From: Candidatus Woesebacteria bacterium RIFCSPLOWO2_01_FULL_39_23
GTDB lineage: Bacteria; Patescibacteriota; Microgenomatia; UBA8517
DNA: 64,000 nt
Direction: 5' to 3'
NCBI GenBank assembly: GCA_001793095.1
Contig: MGHG01000009.1
Location: 221,849-285,848 of the forward strand
A program made the translations under genes and the position numbers. The notes under the pieces are model-generated. The model searched no databases. It worked only from the letters and a program-made list of their open reading frames with translations, and had not been told where the DNA came from. Within the stretch, counting starts at the first letter, position 1; each line of letters opens with the position of its first letter. Positions 1-8,954 of this stretch are shown one piece after another.

Positions 1-522
1 GATATCGGCATAAGGCGCTATCGCGTCGATTAAAATATCGCCAGCATCAAGGCCTTCCTTAGCAGCAATTAATGCGTGCTGACCGTCGCTATAATATGAT
101 CCGATAAAGGGGATTATTCTCACCGGGATCAGTAGTTTATATGACCCGTCCAACTCTTTTAAGGAAAGTTTTGTTTTCGTTAAACTTTCCTTGATTTTAC
201 CTAAATCCTGAGATTTTGCTGATTCTTTAAGAGAAACCGCGGAAGCCTTGAAAGCCATAGCCTTTTTGTAAACAACAAAGCTCAGAATGCTAACTATCGA
301 TGCAAAAATAACCAGAACGGCTAGAACCATGAGAATGATTTTCGGATGCTTTTTAAAGGCAAATTTAAATTTTTTAGTTGATTTTTTACTTCCCTTCTGC
401 ATATTTATTTTCGGAATCAATACCGGCTCCTCTTTAGCATCGTCGGATTCGTACACTTTTACGTGGTATCTGTTAGAGGTATTTGTATCATCACCAAATT
501 TGATTTGCGGTATATTTTCCAT
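1..522 (-). CDS. Membrane-anchored protein, probably DUF4012-type (5' part only; runs off the window edge)
   Basis: Manual translation from ATG at 522 is open to position 1 (MENIPQIKF..., hydrophobic IILMVLAVLVIFASIVSILSFVVY, ...IPFIGSYYSDGQH...APYADI). Family assignment is by recall. Confidence 0.65.
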   Translation of the reverse strand, partial: MENIPQIKFGDDTNTSNRYHVKVYESDDAKEEPVLIPKINMQKGSKKSTKKFKFAFKKHPKIILMVLAVLVIFASIVSILSFVVYKKAMAFKASAVSLKESAKSQDLGKIKESLTKTKLSLKELDGSYKLLIPVRIIPFIGSYYSDGQHALIAAKEGLDAGDILIDAIAPYADI

Positions 523-659
523 AAATGGTTAACTATTTCATTCAACCTGGAGTTAGCCTATATAACGAGGCTTGAGCCGAGTTTTGAAATACGTTTACAC
601 TTTAACATCATACAATATATAACCATTTTTCAAAAGTTTACATAAAGACTGAAGCTTGA

Positions 660-1313
660 TTACACCGCTCCCTTTCCTGAGATCATTGCCCAAGGCGTTT
701 TTAGGAGAATCAGTATATCAAAAATAATTGACCTTTTTCTCGCATAATAGGCATCCATTTCGATCCGCTTATCAAAGTTCACGTCGCTTCTTCCTGTAAC
801 TTGCCAGTACCCCGTAATACCCGGCTTTACGGACAATACATCTTTAAAGTGTTTTTCAGTTCCGGGAAACCTTTTTTGTTGTTCTCTCAGTTCATCTGGA
901 AGATATGCTCTCGGCCCCACAATACTCATCTCACCTTTAATTACATTAAAAAGCTGTGGCATCTCATCGATCGAATGCTTCCGAATAAATCTTCCCACCT
1001 TTGTAACTCGAGGGTCGTTCATAACCTTATAATTTCCCTTGGTTCGTTTTTCGATATAAACGCTCTTAAACCTTGGGTCAGTTTTTTCTAAAACATCAGC
1101 TTTCACCATCATCGAGCGAAATTTATATAACCTAAATATCTTGCCGTTTTTACCTAAACGCCTCATGTGCGAATTAGTCTTTTCCACAAAAATCGGCCCC
1201 GGAGAAGTTACAAGAATTACAACGGATGTAAGTAACATTACCGGAGAAAAAAGAATAATTAGAAATATTGAACCGATAACATCAATAGTTCGTTTAATAA
1301 ACTCGTAATACAT
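660..1313 (-). CDS. Priming phosphoglycosyltransferase (Bac_transf, WbaP/WcaJ C-terminal type)
   Basis: KR..D, YKFRSM, DPRVTKVGRFIRK.SIDE.PQLFNV.KGEMSIVGPR, VKPGITGYWQV motifs. Confidence 0.95.
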   Translation of the reverse strand: MYYEFIKRTIDVIGSIFLIILFSPVMLLTSVVILVTSPGPIFVEKTNSHMRRLGKNGKIFRLYKFRSMMVKADVLEKTDPRFKSVYIEKRTKGNYKVMNDPRVTKVGRFIRKHSIDEMPQLFNVIKGEMSIVGPRAYLPDELREQQKRFPGTEKHFKDVLSVKPGITGYWQVTGRSDVNFDKRIEMDAYYARKRSIIFDILILLKTPWAMISGKGAV

Positions 1314-1338
1314 ATCGGGCAGGCAATTATATCACGAT

Positions 1339-2424
1339 CTAATCTACAAACTCAGGGTTTTCCTCTTCAAGAATTTTAAATAGATCTTTCACTTTAGCTG
1401 TGTCGGACATATCACACACCAAAAGTGCTCCATGAGTATCAACGACAACTATATTTCTTAATCCCACCAGTGAAATCATTTTCTCACCCTCGCCAATTAT
1501 AAGATTCCCTGATGATTCAATAAATTTAGTCTTAATTTCTCCTTCTATTACATTCTCCTCATTTGGTTCAATCATTGCTTTATAGAAAAGCTCCCATGTC
1601 CCCGCGTCCTCCCACTCCGTTTCTGTAGCTATAGTTAATCTCAAATCAGTGGGCATTTTTTCAAACAAACCATAATCAACCGAAACCTTCTCAAATTTCG
1701 AGTATTCTGTTTTAAGAACATCCTCATATTTTTCAGTTCCCCAGGCATCCATTATCTTGACAAGCCCTTCATAAACGGCCGGAGCATATTCTTTATAGTA
1801 TGTAAGCATAAGATCAGACCTCCACGACGCATAACCAGTATGAATTAAATATTTTCCCGCCGCGAAGAGTTCCTTAGCCGTTTTCTCGTCAGGCTTCTCG
1901 ATATGTCTTACAATTTTATATACCGGATAGTCTCCTTCCTCGCCAACTTTATCACCAAATTCTATCCAACCATTATGTATAGAAGCGTAAGTAGGTTTTT
2001 CATTCAACGAAACAGATACTCCAGTTCTTTTTGTATACTCACACGCCGCATTAATAGCTTTAGTAAACTCATCAACCCTACCAATAAAATGGTCCGCCCA
2101 AGAAAAGAACATTACCTCTGAGGGGAATCTCTTCTCAACTATTGCCGCAACTAAGCCTATCGCACCAAGATTATCTCTTCTTATAGGTTCCAAAATTATA
2201 TTTTCAAGTGGAATTTCAGGAGTTTGATCTATTATAAATTGCTTATAACGTGCTTCCGTCGATATTAATATGTCACTTGCACTAAAGGTCGTAGTGTATC
2301 TCTCAAAAGTTCTTCTATAAAAAGAGCGCCCTTTTACAATATTCCTGAACTGTTTAGGATAACTCTTTGTACTTGTCGGCCACATTCTTGTTCCGTAGCC
2401 ACCGCAAAAAATAATAATTTTCAT
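1339..2424 (-). CDS. manC: Mannose-1-phosphate guanylyltransferase (no PMI cupin domain)
   Basis: GG.GTRMWP.S....PKQF, LEP, ADH, EKPD, SVDYG, WEDAGTW. Confidence 0.9.
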   Translation of the reverse strand: MKIIIFCGGYGTRMWPTSTKSYPKQFRNIVKGRSFYRRTFERYTTTFSASDILISTEARYKQFIIDQTPEIPLENIILEPIRRDNLGAIGLVAAIVEKRFPSEVMFFSWADHFIGRVDEFTKAINAACEYTKRTGVSVSLNEKPTYASIHNGWIEFGDKVGEEGDYPVYKIVRHIEKPDEKTAKELFAAGKYLIHTGYASWRSDLMLTYYKEYAPAVYEGLVKIMDAWGTEKYEDVLKTEYSKFEKVSVDYGLFEKMPTDLRLTIATETEWEDAGTWELFYKAMIEPNEENVIEGEIKTKFIESSGNLIIGEGEKMISLVGLRNIVVVDTHGALLVCDMSDTAKVKDLFKILEEENPEFVD

Positions 2425-2438
2425 TAGTAATATCTATA

Positions 2439-3560
2439 TTAAACTTTTATATTTATTAAGTCTACAAATTCTTTCTTAAAACGTCGTGTTGAAAATTTTT
2501 CAGCATTTTTAATTAATTTATCTCTATCAAATATCATTAAATTGAACGTGTTTACTGCATTACATAACGAATTCTTAGACTGCGTATCAAATAAAACTCC
2601 TGTTTCACTATTAATTACAGTGTCTGACGCGCCACCCTTCGCGTAAGCAATTACCGGACAACCTGCCGCTTGTGCTTCCACAGCCACTATCCCAAAGTCT
2701 TCTTCCTGGGGCATTATTAACGCCCTTGCCCCCCAATAAAGGGAAACTAACTCTTCATCGTCAACAAATCCCTTAAATATAATGTTCTTAAACTTATACT
2801 TAAACTTATACTTTTTCTCCTCACTACCCGTTCCGACAACTACAAGTGGCAAACCAAGCTCATTAAAAGCTTCAATTGCCAAATCCACTTTTTTGTACGG
2901 AACTAATCTCGAAACAATTAAGAAGTATCGTCTCTGCTTCACTACATCACTACGTAGTGATGTAGTATCAACAGATTTCCTTTGAAATTTCTCAATATCA
3001 ACGGGTGGATATATTATCTCTGAACCTCGGTTGTAATATTTTTTGATGCGATCCTGAACAGCAGTCGATATTGCTATCACCACATCTGGTCTTTGGGCGG
3101 CAATTTTATCCCACGATCTTAAATAAGTAACTACTGGTTTTGTTATCCCTTTCCAGCCAAAGGCTGGTCCGCCTCTGGCGGAAAAATAAGTGTCAAAGTG
3201 GCTCCACAAATATCGTGTGGGAGTTAAACAGTAACAAACGTGTAATGTTCCAGGTTTCGTAATTACTCCTTTTGCCGCTTCACTCGTGACAGATATGACA
3301 AGGTCGGACCTTGTCAAGTTAAGACTCTCAAAAGCTATGGGCATAAATGGGGCCAAATACTCATGTTTATCCCTTAAACATGGAATATTCTGCAAAAATG
3401 AAGGGATCACTTCAGGAAACACCTTAGCCCATGTTGCTTTTTCTGGCGAATAAACTGATGTATAAATCGGAGCGTCGGGAAATAATTCATGAAGGGTGAG
3501 AAGAACACGTTCTGCTCCTCCCCACTTGTTTACTCTGTCATAAACTATTGCTGTCTTCAT
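2439..3560 (-). CDS. GT4 glycosyltransferase (WbaZ-like)
   Basis: GGAERVL, YCLTPTRYLW, VSRLVPYKKVD, EEDFGIVAVEAQAAG. Confidence 0.92.
   Translation of the reverse strand: MKTAIVYDRVNKWGGAERVLLTLHELFPDAPIYTSVYSPEKATWAKVFPEVIPSFLQNIPCLRDKHEYLAPFMPIAFESLNLTRSDLVISVTSEAAKGVITKPGTLHVCYCLTPTRYLWSHFDTYFSARGGPAFGWKGITKPVVTYLRSWDKIAAQRPDVVIAISTAVQDRIKKYYNRGSEIIYPPVDIEKFQRKSVDTTSLRSDVVKQRRYFLIVSRLVPYKKVDLAIEAFNELGLPLVVVGTGSEEKKYKFKYKFKNIIFKGFVDDEELVSLYWGARALIMPQEEDFGIVAVEAQAAGCPVIAYAKGGASDTVINSETGVLFDTQSKNSLCNAVNTFNLMIFDRDKLIKNAEKFSTRRFKKEFVDLINIKV
2787..2813. repeat. 12-bp tandem duplication (CTTAAACTTATA)x2 inside GT4
   Basis: cttaaacttata cttaaacttata ctt; encodes KYKFKYKFK. Confidence 0.75.
2941..2966. 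repeat. Perfect 26-bp palindrome (family B) in frame in GT4
   Basis: ACTACATCACTAC|GTAGTGATGTAGT; encodes TTSLRSDVV; related copy at 5366-5391. Confidence 0.9.
3153..3182. repeat. Two tandem 15-bp GC-rich hairpins (family C) in frame in GT4
   Basis: CCAGCC-AAA-GGCTGG followed by TCCGCC-TCT-GGCGGA; encodes SARGGPAFGW. Confidence 0.88.
3296..3316. repeat. 21-bp palindrome with AAGGT-CGG-ACCTT core (RAYT-flanking family A) in frame in GT4
   Basis: TGACAAGGTC G GACCTTGTCA; encodes LTRSDLV. Confidence 0.8.
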
Positions 3561-4114
3561 TTAAAAATATCCGGAGCTTTTAATTGGGCAAGTTTTAATA
3601 TCGCAACTGCATCAGTCGCTTTAAATTCCCCTTTTAAAATCAGATCATCTATTTCCTTCGCGGGGATTAATTTGACTTCTATCTCTTCAGTCGCGTCGAG
3701 TTTTTGCATTTTCCTATGATCAACATCCCTCACTAAGAATCCATATGTTTTTTGAGTATCTTTTGAAGGCTCGGCAAACATATAACCCAAAGGTTCGACA
3801 TTTTTTGCAATATATCCCGTTTCCTCTTCTAACTCTGTAACTGCTTCTTCTTCGGGGGTATTTCCATGTTTTATTCTGCCCGCAGGAAGTTCTAACAAAA
3901 CTTCACTTGCTCCGTGTTTATACTGCCTTACAAAAACAACTTCATAGTTTTTGGTCACGGCAACAATCATGGAAACGTCTCCTACCTTAGATAAATAATA
4001 ATCGTCAATTATTTTTCCACTAGATAACTTAACTGTATGTTTATATAACGGAAACCATCGACTGGGCGAAACATCTTCTTCTTTCAAAAGCCGCCATTTT
4101 TTAATTTTATTCAT
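3557..4114 (-). CDS. NUDIX hydrolase (ADP-ribose/NDP-sugar pyrophosphatase-like)
   Basis: VRQYK, LELPAG, Nudix box G-x5-PEEEAVTELEEETGY. Confidence 0.92.
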   Translation of the reverse strand: MNKIKKWRLLKEEDVSPSRWFPLYKHTVKLSSGKIIDDYYLSKVGDVSMIVAVTKNYEVVFVRQYKHGASEVLLELPAGRIKHGNTPEEEAVTELEEETGYIAKNVEPLGYMFAEPSKDTQKTYGFLVRDVDHRKMQKLDATEEIEVKLIPAKEIDDLILKGEFKATDAVAILKLAQLKAPDIFK

Positions 4115-4120
4115 ACTTAA

Positions 4121-4126
4121 ATAATA
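4121..4126 (-). promoter_or_regulatory. Putative -10 box 6 nt before ATG (leaderless)
   Basis: TATTAT-ttaagt-ATG(4114). Confidence 0.45.
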
Positions 4127-4209
4127 AGAGTGTCATTAAAAATTCCGCGATTAGAATAAATTCCGCATTCAAGTCTTGGTTTATTTTTATAAAATCTCAT
4201 TTTTTCAAA

Positions 4210-5346
4210 TCATTCTAAGGCTGAGTGATAGACGGATAAAGTTTCTTCAGCCATTTTTGTCCAGGAATATTTATCTATAAATTTTTGTGCACTATTAATA
4301 TATTTCCTTTTATCTAACTCGCTCATATTTAGTACACTAAACATTGTACTCGAAACGGAATTTACGTCCATTGGATTAAAGTAAAAAGCATATCTTCCGT
4401 AAATTTCTTTAAATGTTTCAATATTAGAACATAAAAGTGTTGAGCCGGAGGCAATAGCCTCTAACCCCTGAAGACCAAAACCCTCCGAAAGCGAAGGGTA
4501 AACGAAACCTAAAGCATACCTATACAATATTCTTAAATCCTCATCTTTAACAAATCCTAATAGCTTGATGTAGTCTTTTACTCTGATCGAATTGATTAAT
4601 TTTACGAGTCGTCCCATAAATTCGTCTTGGGCACCTGCAATAACAAAAAGTGCTTCGCGTTCTTTACTCTCATTCAGGTTTTTTATAGCCTTGATTACGA
4701 TATCGACATTTTTATGTGGATAAACTTTTCCTACGTAAAAAAAATAGTTTTTATTGACCAGACCATACTTGGCAAGTGTTTCCAGTTCACCCAAATTACC
4801 GCTGGCAAGATACTTATCCTTATCAATTCCTTCGTTAATAACCGAAATTTTACTTCTATCGGTACCATAATAGCTAGTGATACTTTTCGACACAAACATA
4901 CTCGGAACAATTATTCTCACTGCCCCGTTAATAGCCTTTTCAGCTATATACAAAAAGGGTCCTCTTTTTAAATAATAAACTGGAAGCGGCAACTTGGATG
5001 CATTTCTTCCTTGTTTCTGCATAGTTAAATCATGGCAAGTTAATATATATTTTCCTTTATAAAAAATAGGCACGTTAAGATGGGGAAAATGTACTAAATC
5101 CGCCTTTTCCTTATTTATAATAAATGGCAGCTTGACTTGTTCTTCTAAAGTATAGTGTCCAATATCGACCTGTATTTTTTTCCAGTTACTTTCTAATTTT
5201 AAATCACGATAATAATCTCTTCTTAATAGTACTGTAAACTGCTGATCAGTTTTTATTCGATTAAGCTCTTTTATAAGATTAATTAAATATCTACCGATTC
5301 CGGTATTTTCTAATCCGTACAACCGTGCATCAATCAATATTTTCAT
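4210..5346 (-). CDS. GT4 glycosyltransferase (WbdB/mannosyltransferase-like)
   Basis: IDAR...TGIGRY, HFPH, TCHDL, PHKN, YPSLSEGFGLQGLEA. Confidence 0.92.
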   Translation of the reverse strand: MKILIDARLYGLENTGIGRYLINLIKELNRIKTDQQFTVLLRRDYYRDLKLESNWKKIQVDIGHYTLEEQVKLPFIINKEKADLVHFPHLNVPIFYKGKYILTCHDLTMQKQGRNASKLPLPVYYLKRGPFLYIAEKAINGAVRIIVPSMFVSKSITSYYGTDRSKISVINEGIDKDKYLASGNLGELETLAKYGLVNKNYFFYVGKVYPHKNVDIVIKAIKNLNESKEREALFVIAGAQDEFMGRLVKLINSIRVKDYIKLLGFVKDEDLRILYRYALGFVYPSLSEGFGLQGLEAIASGSTLLCSNIETFKEIYGRYAFYFNPMDVNSVSSTMFSVLNMSELDKRKYINSAQKFIDKYSWTKMAEETLSVYHSALE

Positions 5347-5361
5347 TTATTTAGTCGAAAA

Positions 5362-5395
5362 TTTTACTACAGCACTACGTAGTAGTGTAGTAAAA
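5362..5395. repeat. Intergenic imperfect palindrome (family B) with T4/A4 flanks; possible terminator or RNA hairpin
   Basis: TTTT-ACTACAGCACTACGTAGTAGTGTAGT-AAAA; core matches 2941-2966 at 23/26. Confidence 0.8.
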
Positions 5396-5410
5396 GTCAA
5401 TCATTTTGAA

Positions 5411-6322
5411 CTAGCCGAGCAATAAAGTCCGCATAAATCTTAATACTTTTATTAAATTAATTCCCGAGAGAACAAACACATTAAATAAAAATGGGTATTT
5501 ATTCCAAAGGTGTTTTCTGTAAAATAACTCCATTGAATTTACACCTGCCATTCTATATTTTAGCCTAACCGACAAAGGCATCTCCTTTCTACTTCTGCTT
5601 TCGACTTTACCTTTTGATAGTCCTTTAAAATGCGTTATTGAAACCTTCGGATAATACATAATTTTCCACCCTTTTCCTTTTATTCTCCAACACAAATCCA
5701 AATCTTCACCATCCAGGAAGAAAGCTTCATCAAACCACCCCACCGAATCAAGAATAACTTTCCTTGTGAGAAAAAAAGCTCCCTGTAAAGCGTCTACTTC
5801 ATGAATTAAATCCGGCGAAAGATAACCATACCAATATTTAGCAAACAATTTAGATTTGGGAAAAATTCTATCAAGCTTTAAATAAATATGTATTAAAGCC
5901 ACCCAAGGCGTAATAAAAGATCTCCTTGCGTCTTTATCCAATTCTCCGTTTGGAAGCAGAAGCTTGCATGTAAGTGCTCCCACGCTCTTATTGCTTTCCA
6001 TATATTTAACCGTTTCTTTAAGGGTATTTTTATGAATCAGTGTGTCTGGATTTAGAAATAAAACATATTTGCCTTTAATAAATGGTTTTGCGTAGTTATT
6101 CCCGGCTGCGAATCCTAGATTTTTTCCAATTTTGATAACTTTTGTTACCCAGGGAAATTCTAACTCTACCATTTCAGGAGATCCGTCACCTGAACCGTTG
6201 TCGGGGATTATGACTTCAAAACCAACCTCATTTTTTACTTCATTCAAAGACCGCAGACAATTTCGAAGCACTTCTTTAGTGTTATAGCTTAAAATTACAA
6301 CCGATAGCGTTATTTTTTTCAT
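5411..6322 (-). CDS. GT2 glycosyltransferase (WbbL/rhamnosyltransferase-like)
   Basis: SVVILSYN, DNGS.DGS, NLGFAAGNN, LNPD, GAF, FDEAFFLDGEDLDLC. Confidence 0.92.
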   Translation of the reverse strand: MKKITLSVVILSYNTKEVLRNCLRSLNEVKNEVGFEVIIPDNGSGDGSPEMVELEFPWVTKVIKIGKNLGFAAGNNYAKPFIKGKYVLFLNPDTLIHKNTLKETVKYMESNKSVGALTCKLLLPNGELDKDARRSFITPWVALIHIYLKLDRIFPKSKLFAKYWYGYLSPDLIHEVDALQGAFFLTRKVILDSVGWFDEAFFLDGEDLDLCWRIKGKGWKIMYYPKVSITHFKGLSKGKVESRSRKEMPLSVRLKYRMAGVNSMELFYRKHLWNKYPFLFNVFVLSGINLIKVLRFMRTLLLG

Positions 6323-7515
6323 TTATGGTTAACTAGCTCCTTATAAATCGGGTCATGAAGTTTACCGATAGATTCCCAGTCAAAATATTTCCTGACATGT
6401 TCCCTGCCGCTCGCACCAATTTTTTCAGCAAACTCAGGATTCTTTAATAACTTAATAGCTTTTTCGGCCATGTCGTCGTTTGTATCAGCAATAAAAACAT
6501 TCTTACCATCTCTTAATTTTAACCCTGCGACACCCACAGACGTTGAAACGACAGGCAACCCGGCCGCCATAGCCTCGAGGATTTTTAATCGGGTTCCTCC
6601 GGAACCTTTTATCGGTGCAACCATTATCGTTGCGCCTCCATACGCATCTCTGGCGTATGGTATATTTTCTGTTATCTCCAAATTTCCTTTTCCTGCCAAT
6701 GTTTTAATAGATTCCGGAATCTTTCTTCCGACTATCCAAATAACCGAATTTGGAAATTCTTTTTTTATTTTAGGCCAAACGTCGTTTATCAATATCTCTG
6801 TCGCTTCCTGGTTTTGCATCCATTCATAGTTCGTTACACCATAGAGAATCCGGGGAGGGTATTTCTTAGCAATTTTCTTTTCACCGTAGAATTTCGTATC
6901 GACACCATTCGGGATTATACCGACTTCCTTTCTCGGAACAATTTTTAGCATTTCAACTCTGTCTTCTTCAGACACGCCGAACAATTTGTCTGCCTTTCCC
7001 CAATAATATTTTTCCCAGTATTTTATTTTTAGGACATCATAAAGGTAAAAGGCTCGTAATATCAAAGGAACTTTACTTGTTACATAGTGCCGATAGACGT
7101 TGTGCCAAATCGTCTGTTCGACTAAAATTGTCGGGACGTTTGTCCTGCCTAAATGCGGCATTACATAAAAAGTTTCAGCGTGAATTAAATCATATTTCTC
7201 CTTTTTCAGCTCATCCTGAATTGCCTTTTTTTCATCAACAGACTGATTCCTGATAACTAAAAGGGGGAAAGGGCCAAAAACCCATAAAATTAAATTCCTC
7301 AACATCCACGGCTTCTTCGGTCGGGTAAAAACCCTGACTTTTTTGCAGTATTTTTTAAGTTCAGGAATGAGATCGCGTTCGGAGTCATCCTTAATTAATG
7401 AAAATAATGTAATTTCGTGCTCTCTGGCTAAATATTTTATTATGTTGTACCACCGGGTTTGGCCACCACTCATGGTAATTGTGGGAAGATAAGGCAAGAG
7501 CATGAGTATTTTCAT
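6319..7515 (-). CDS. GT4 glycosyltransferase
   Basis: SGGQTR, IPNGVD, GSGGTRLKILEAMAAGLPVVST. Confidence 0.92.
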   Translation of the reverse strand: MKILMLLPYLPTITMSGGQTRWYNIIKYLAREHEITLFSLIKDDSERDLIPELKKYCKKVRVFTRPKKPWMLRNLILWVFGPFPLLVIRNQSVDEKKAIQDELKKEKYDLIHAETFYVMPHLGRTNVPTILVEQTIWHNVYRHYVTSKVPLILRAFYLYDVLKIKYWEKYYWGKADKLFGVSEEDRVEMLKIVPRKEVGIIPNGVDTKFYGEKKIAKKYPPRILYGVTNYEWMQNQEATEILINDVWPKIKKEFPNSVIWIVGRKIPESIKTLAGKGNLEITENIPYARDAYGGATIMVAPIKGSGGTRLKILEAMAAGLPVVSTSVGVAGLKLRDGKNVFIADTNDDMAEKAIKLLKNPEFAEKIGASGREHVRKYFDWESIGKLHDPIYKELVNHK

Positions 7516-8954
7516 ATTAACTTAAGAATTACATACTTATCCGTTTTTACAACAATTTGAAATTGCTCCATAAATTTTTTAGTCTGTTCGTCATAATTAA
7601 CCGATACGTAATACTGAGCTCCTTCGTCAATAAGTTCGTTTATCGGCAGTTCAACGACCGGCCATCCCCGCCTTTTAGTTTGGTACAAAAAGGCCGTATC
7701 GCCGTTATAATTTGCGATTACAATAGCGTCCTTCGGTGTTAACCTATCGACAGCATTTCCTGCTTCGATAATTTCGGGATGGTTAATTTTGTAAAATTCT
7801 CGTATCTGAAAAGCACTCGTTATCATAGATAAAAATACAAAAAACAAGATTGATAACTTGCGAACAATGTTATTGCCATAATCTAATTTCCACATTTCCA
7901 ATAACCCTTTTGCTAAAACGAGTGATACAACCGGGATAAGCAATGTTTGATAATAGTCATGCCTTACATTTGCTGTAGCAATAATAGAGACATATAAAAA
8001 CATACCAAGAAGCAAAGAGATCAAGAAATTATCTTTCTTCCTTAAGCTTAAAATGCCAAAGGTAAAAGGAATAACTCCCCATACTCCTAAAATTAAAAAT
8101 CCCAACCTGTCACCGAAAATCCATTTCCAAAAGGCAGGTTTGAATCTAATTCCGTCGCCGTTAAATGTCCAAGTCCAAAACGGTATACCTTCCGGGAATT
8201 TCTGCTCCCATACTCTCCATAGCATAAACGGAAGAACGACAATAATTATAGATATCAAGACATGTTTATTAATTAATGACCTTTTAAGTCCGTATTTATT
8301 AAAAAAATAATAGGCTAGTGGTAACCCGAAAAAAACTACATAAGGCTTAACCAAAATACCCAAAGACAACAATATCGAAGAAAGTAGAAGATATTTGTAT
8401 TTTTGATCGTCTTGGTATAACAGAAAAAACCAGAGTGCTGTAACTGCAAATAATATGGCTAAGGGTTCCGGTAGAATAACTCTGGTAAAATATATGTTAT
8501 AAGGCAGTAGTAAATAACATGCAGAACTTATTACACCAAGCCATTTCCCATAAAGCTTTCTACCGATTAAAAATATAACAAAGCTCGTGGTTAGGGTATA
8601 AAAAACGGAAGTTAACCTTCCCCAAACCTCGAAGGATAAAAATGTAAAATTCTTTGCAACAAATGCATGAAGAGCATTATAAATAGGAAATTCTACAAAG
8701 CGATATCCATGGGGATTAAATAAGCCGCTTTGAACCCGGGATATGTCATGATATTTAGGTATAAATAAATTTATGCCATCCACGATATAAATTCGCGAAA
8801 CAGATGCTGTGTCTGCTTGTCTGAAGGAGTGCCAATCGGCAATAGGATTAGTAATTTTATAAAGTCGAGCAGCAAAGCCTATTAAAATAAGTATTGATAA
8901 AATAATGTATTCAATATATTTTGTTTTTAAAATATGAGTAATTCTATTCTTCAT
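7512..8954 (-). CDS. GT-C fold (ArnT/PMT_2-like) membrane glycosyltransferase
   Basis: Polytopic; RLY...DWHSFRQADTA acidic first loop, EFPIY, GRL, LPE, LVKP, HDYY. Confidence 0.8.
   Translation of the reverse strand: MKNRITHILKTKYIEYIILSILILIGFAARLYKITNPIADWHSFRQADTASVSRIYIVDGINLFIPKYHDISRVQSGLFNPHGYRFVEFPIYNALHAFVAKNFTFLSFEVWGRLTSVFYTLTTSFVIFLIGRKLYGKWLGVISSACYLLLPYNIYFTRVILPEPLAILFAVTALWFFLLYQDDQKYKYLLLSSILLSLGILVKPYVVFFGLPLAYYFFNKYGLKRSLINKHVLISIIIVVLPFMLWRVWEQKFPEGIPFWTWTFNGDGIRFKPAFWKWIFGDRLGFLILGVWGVIPFTFGILSLRKKDNFLISLLLGMFLYVSIIATANVRHDYYQTLLIPVVSLVLAKGLLEMWKLDYGNNIVRKLSILFFVFLSMITSAFQIREFYKINHPEIIEAGNAVDRLTPKDAIVIANYNGDTAFLYQTKRRGWPVVELPINELIDEGAQYYVSVNYDEQTKKFMEQFQIVVKTDKYVILKLI

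Noticed and set aside
1315-1327. GGGCAGGCA as a GC-rich palindromic repeat
   Set aside because: Only a half-site; no complementary arm
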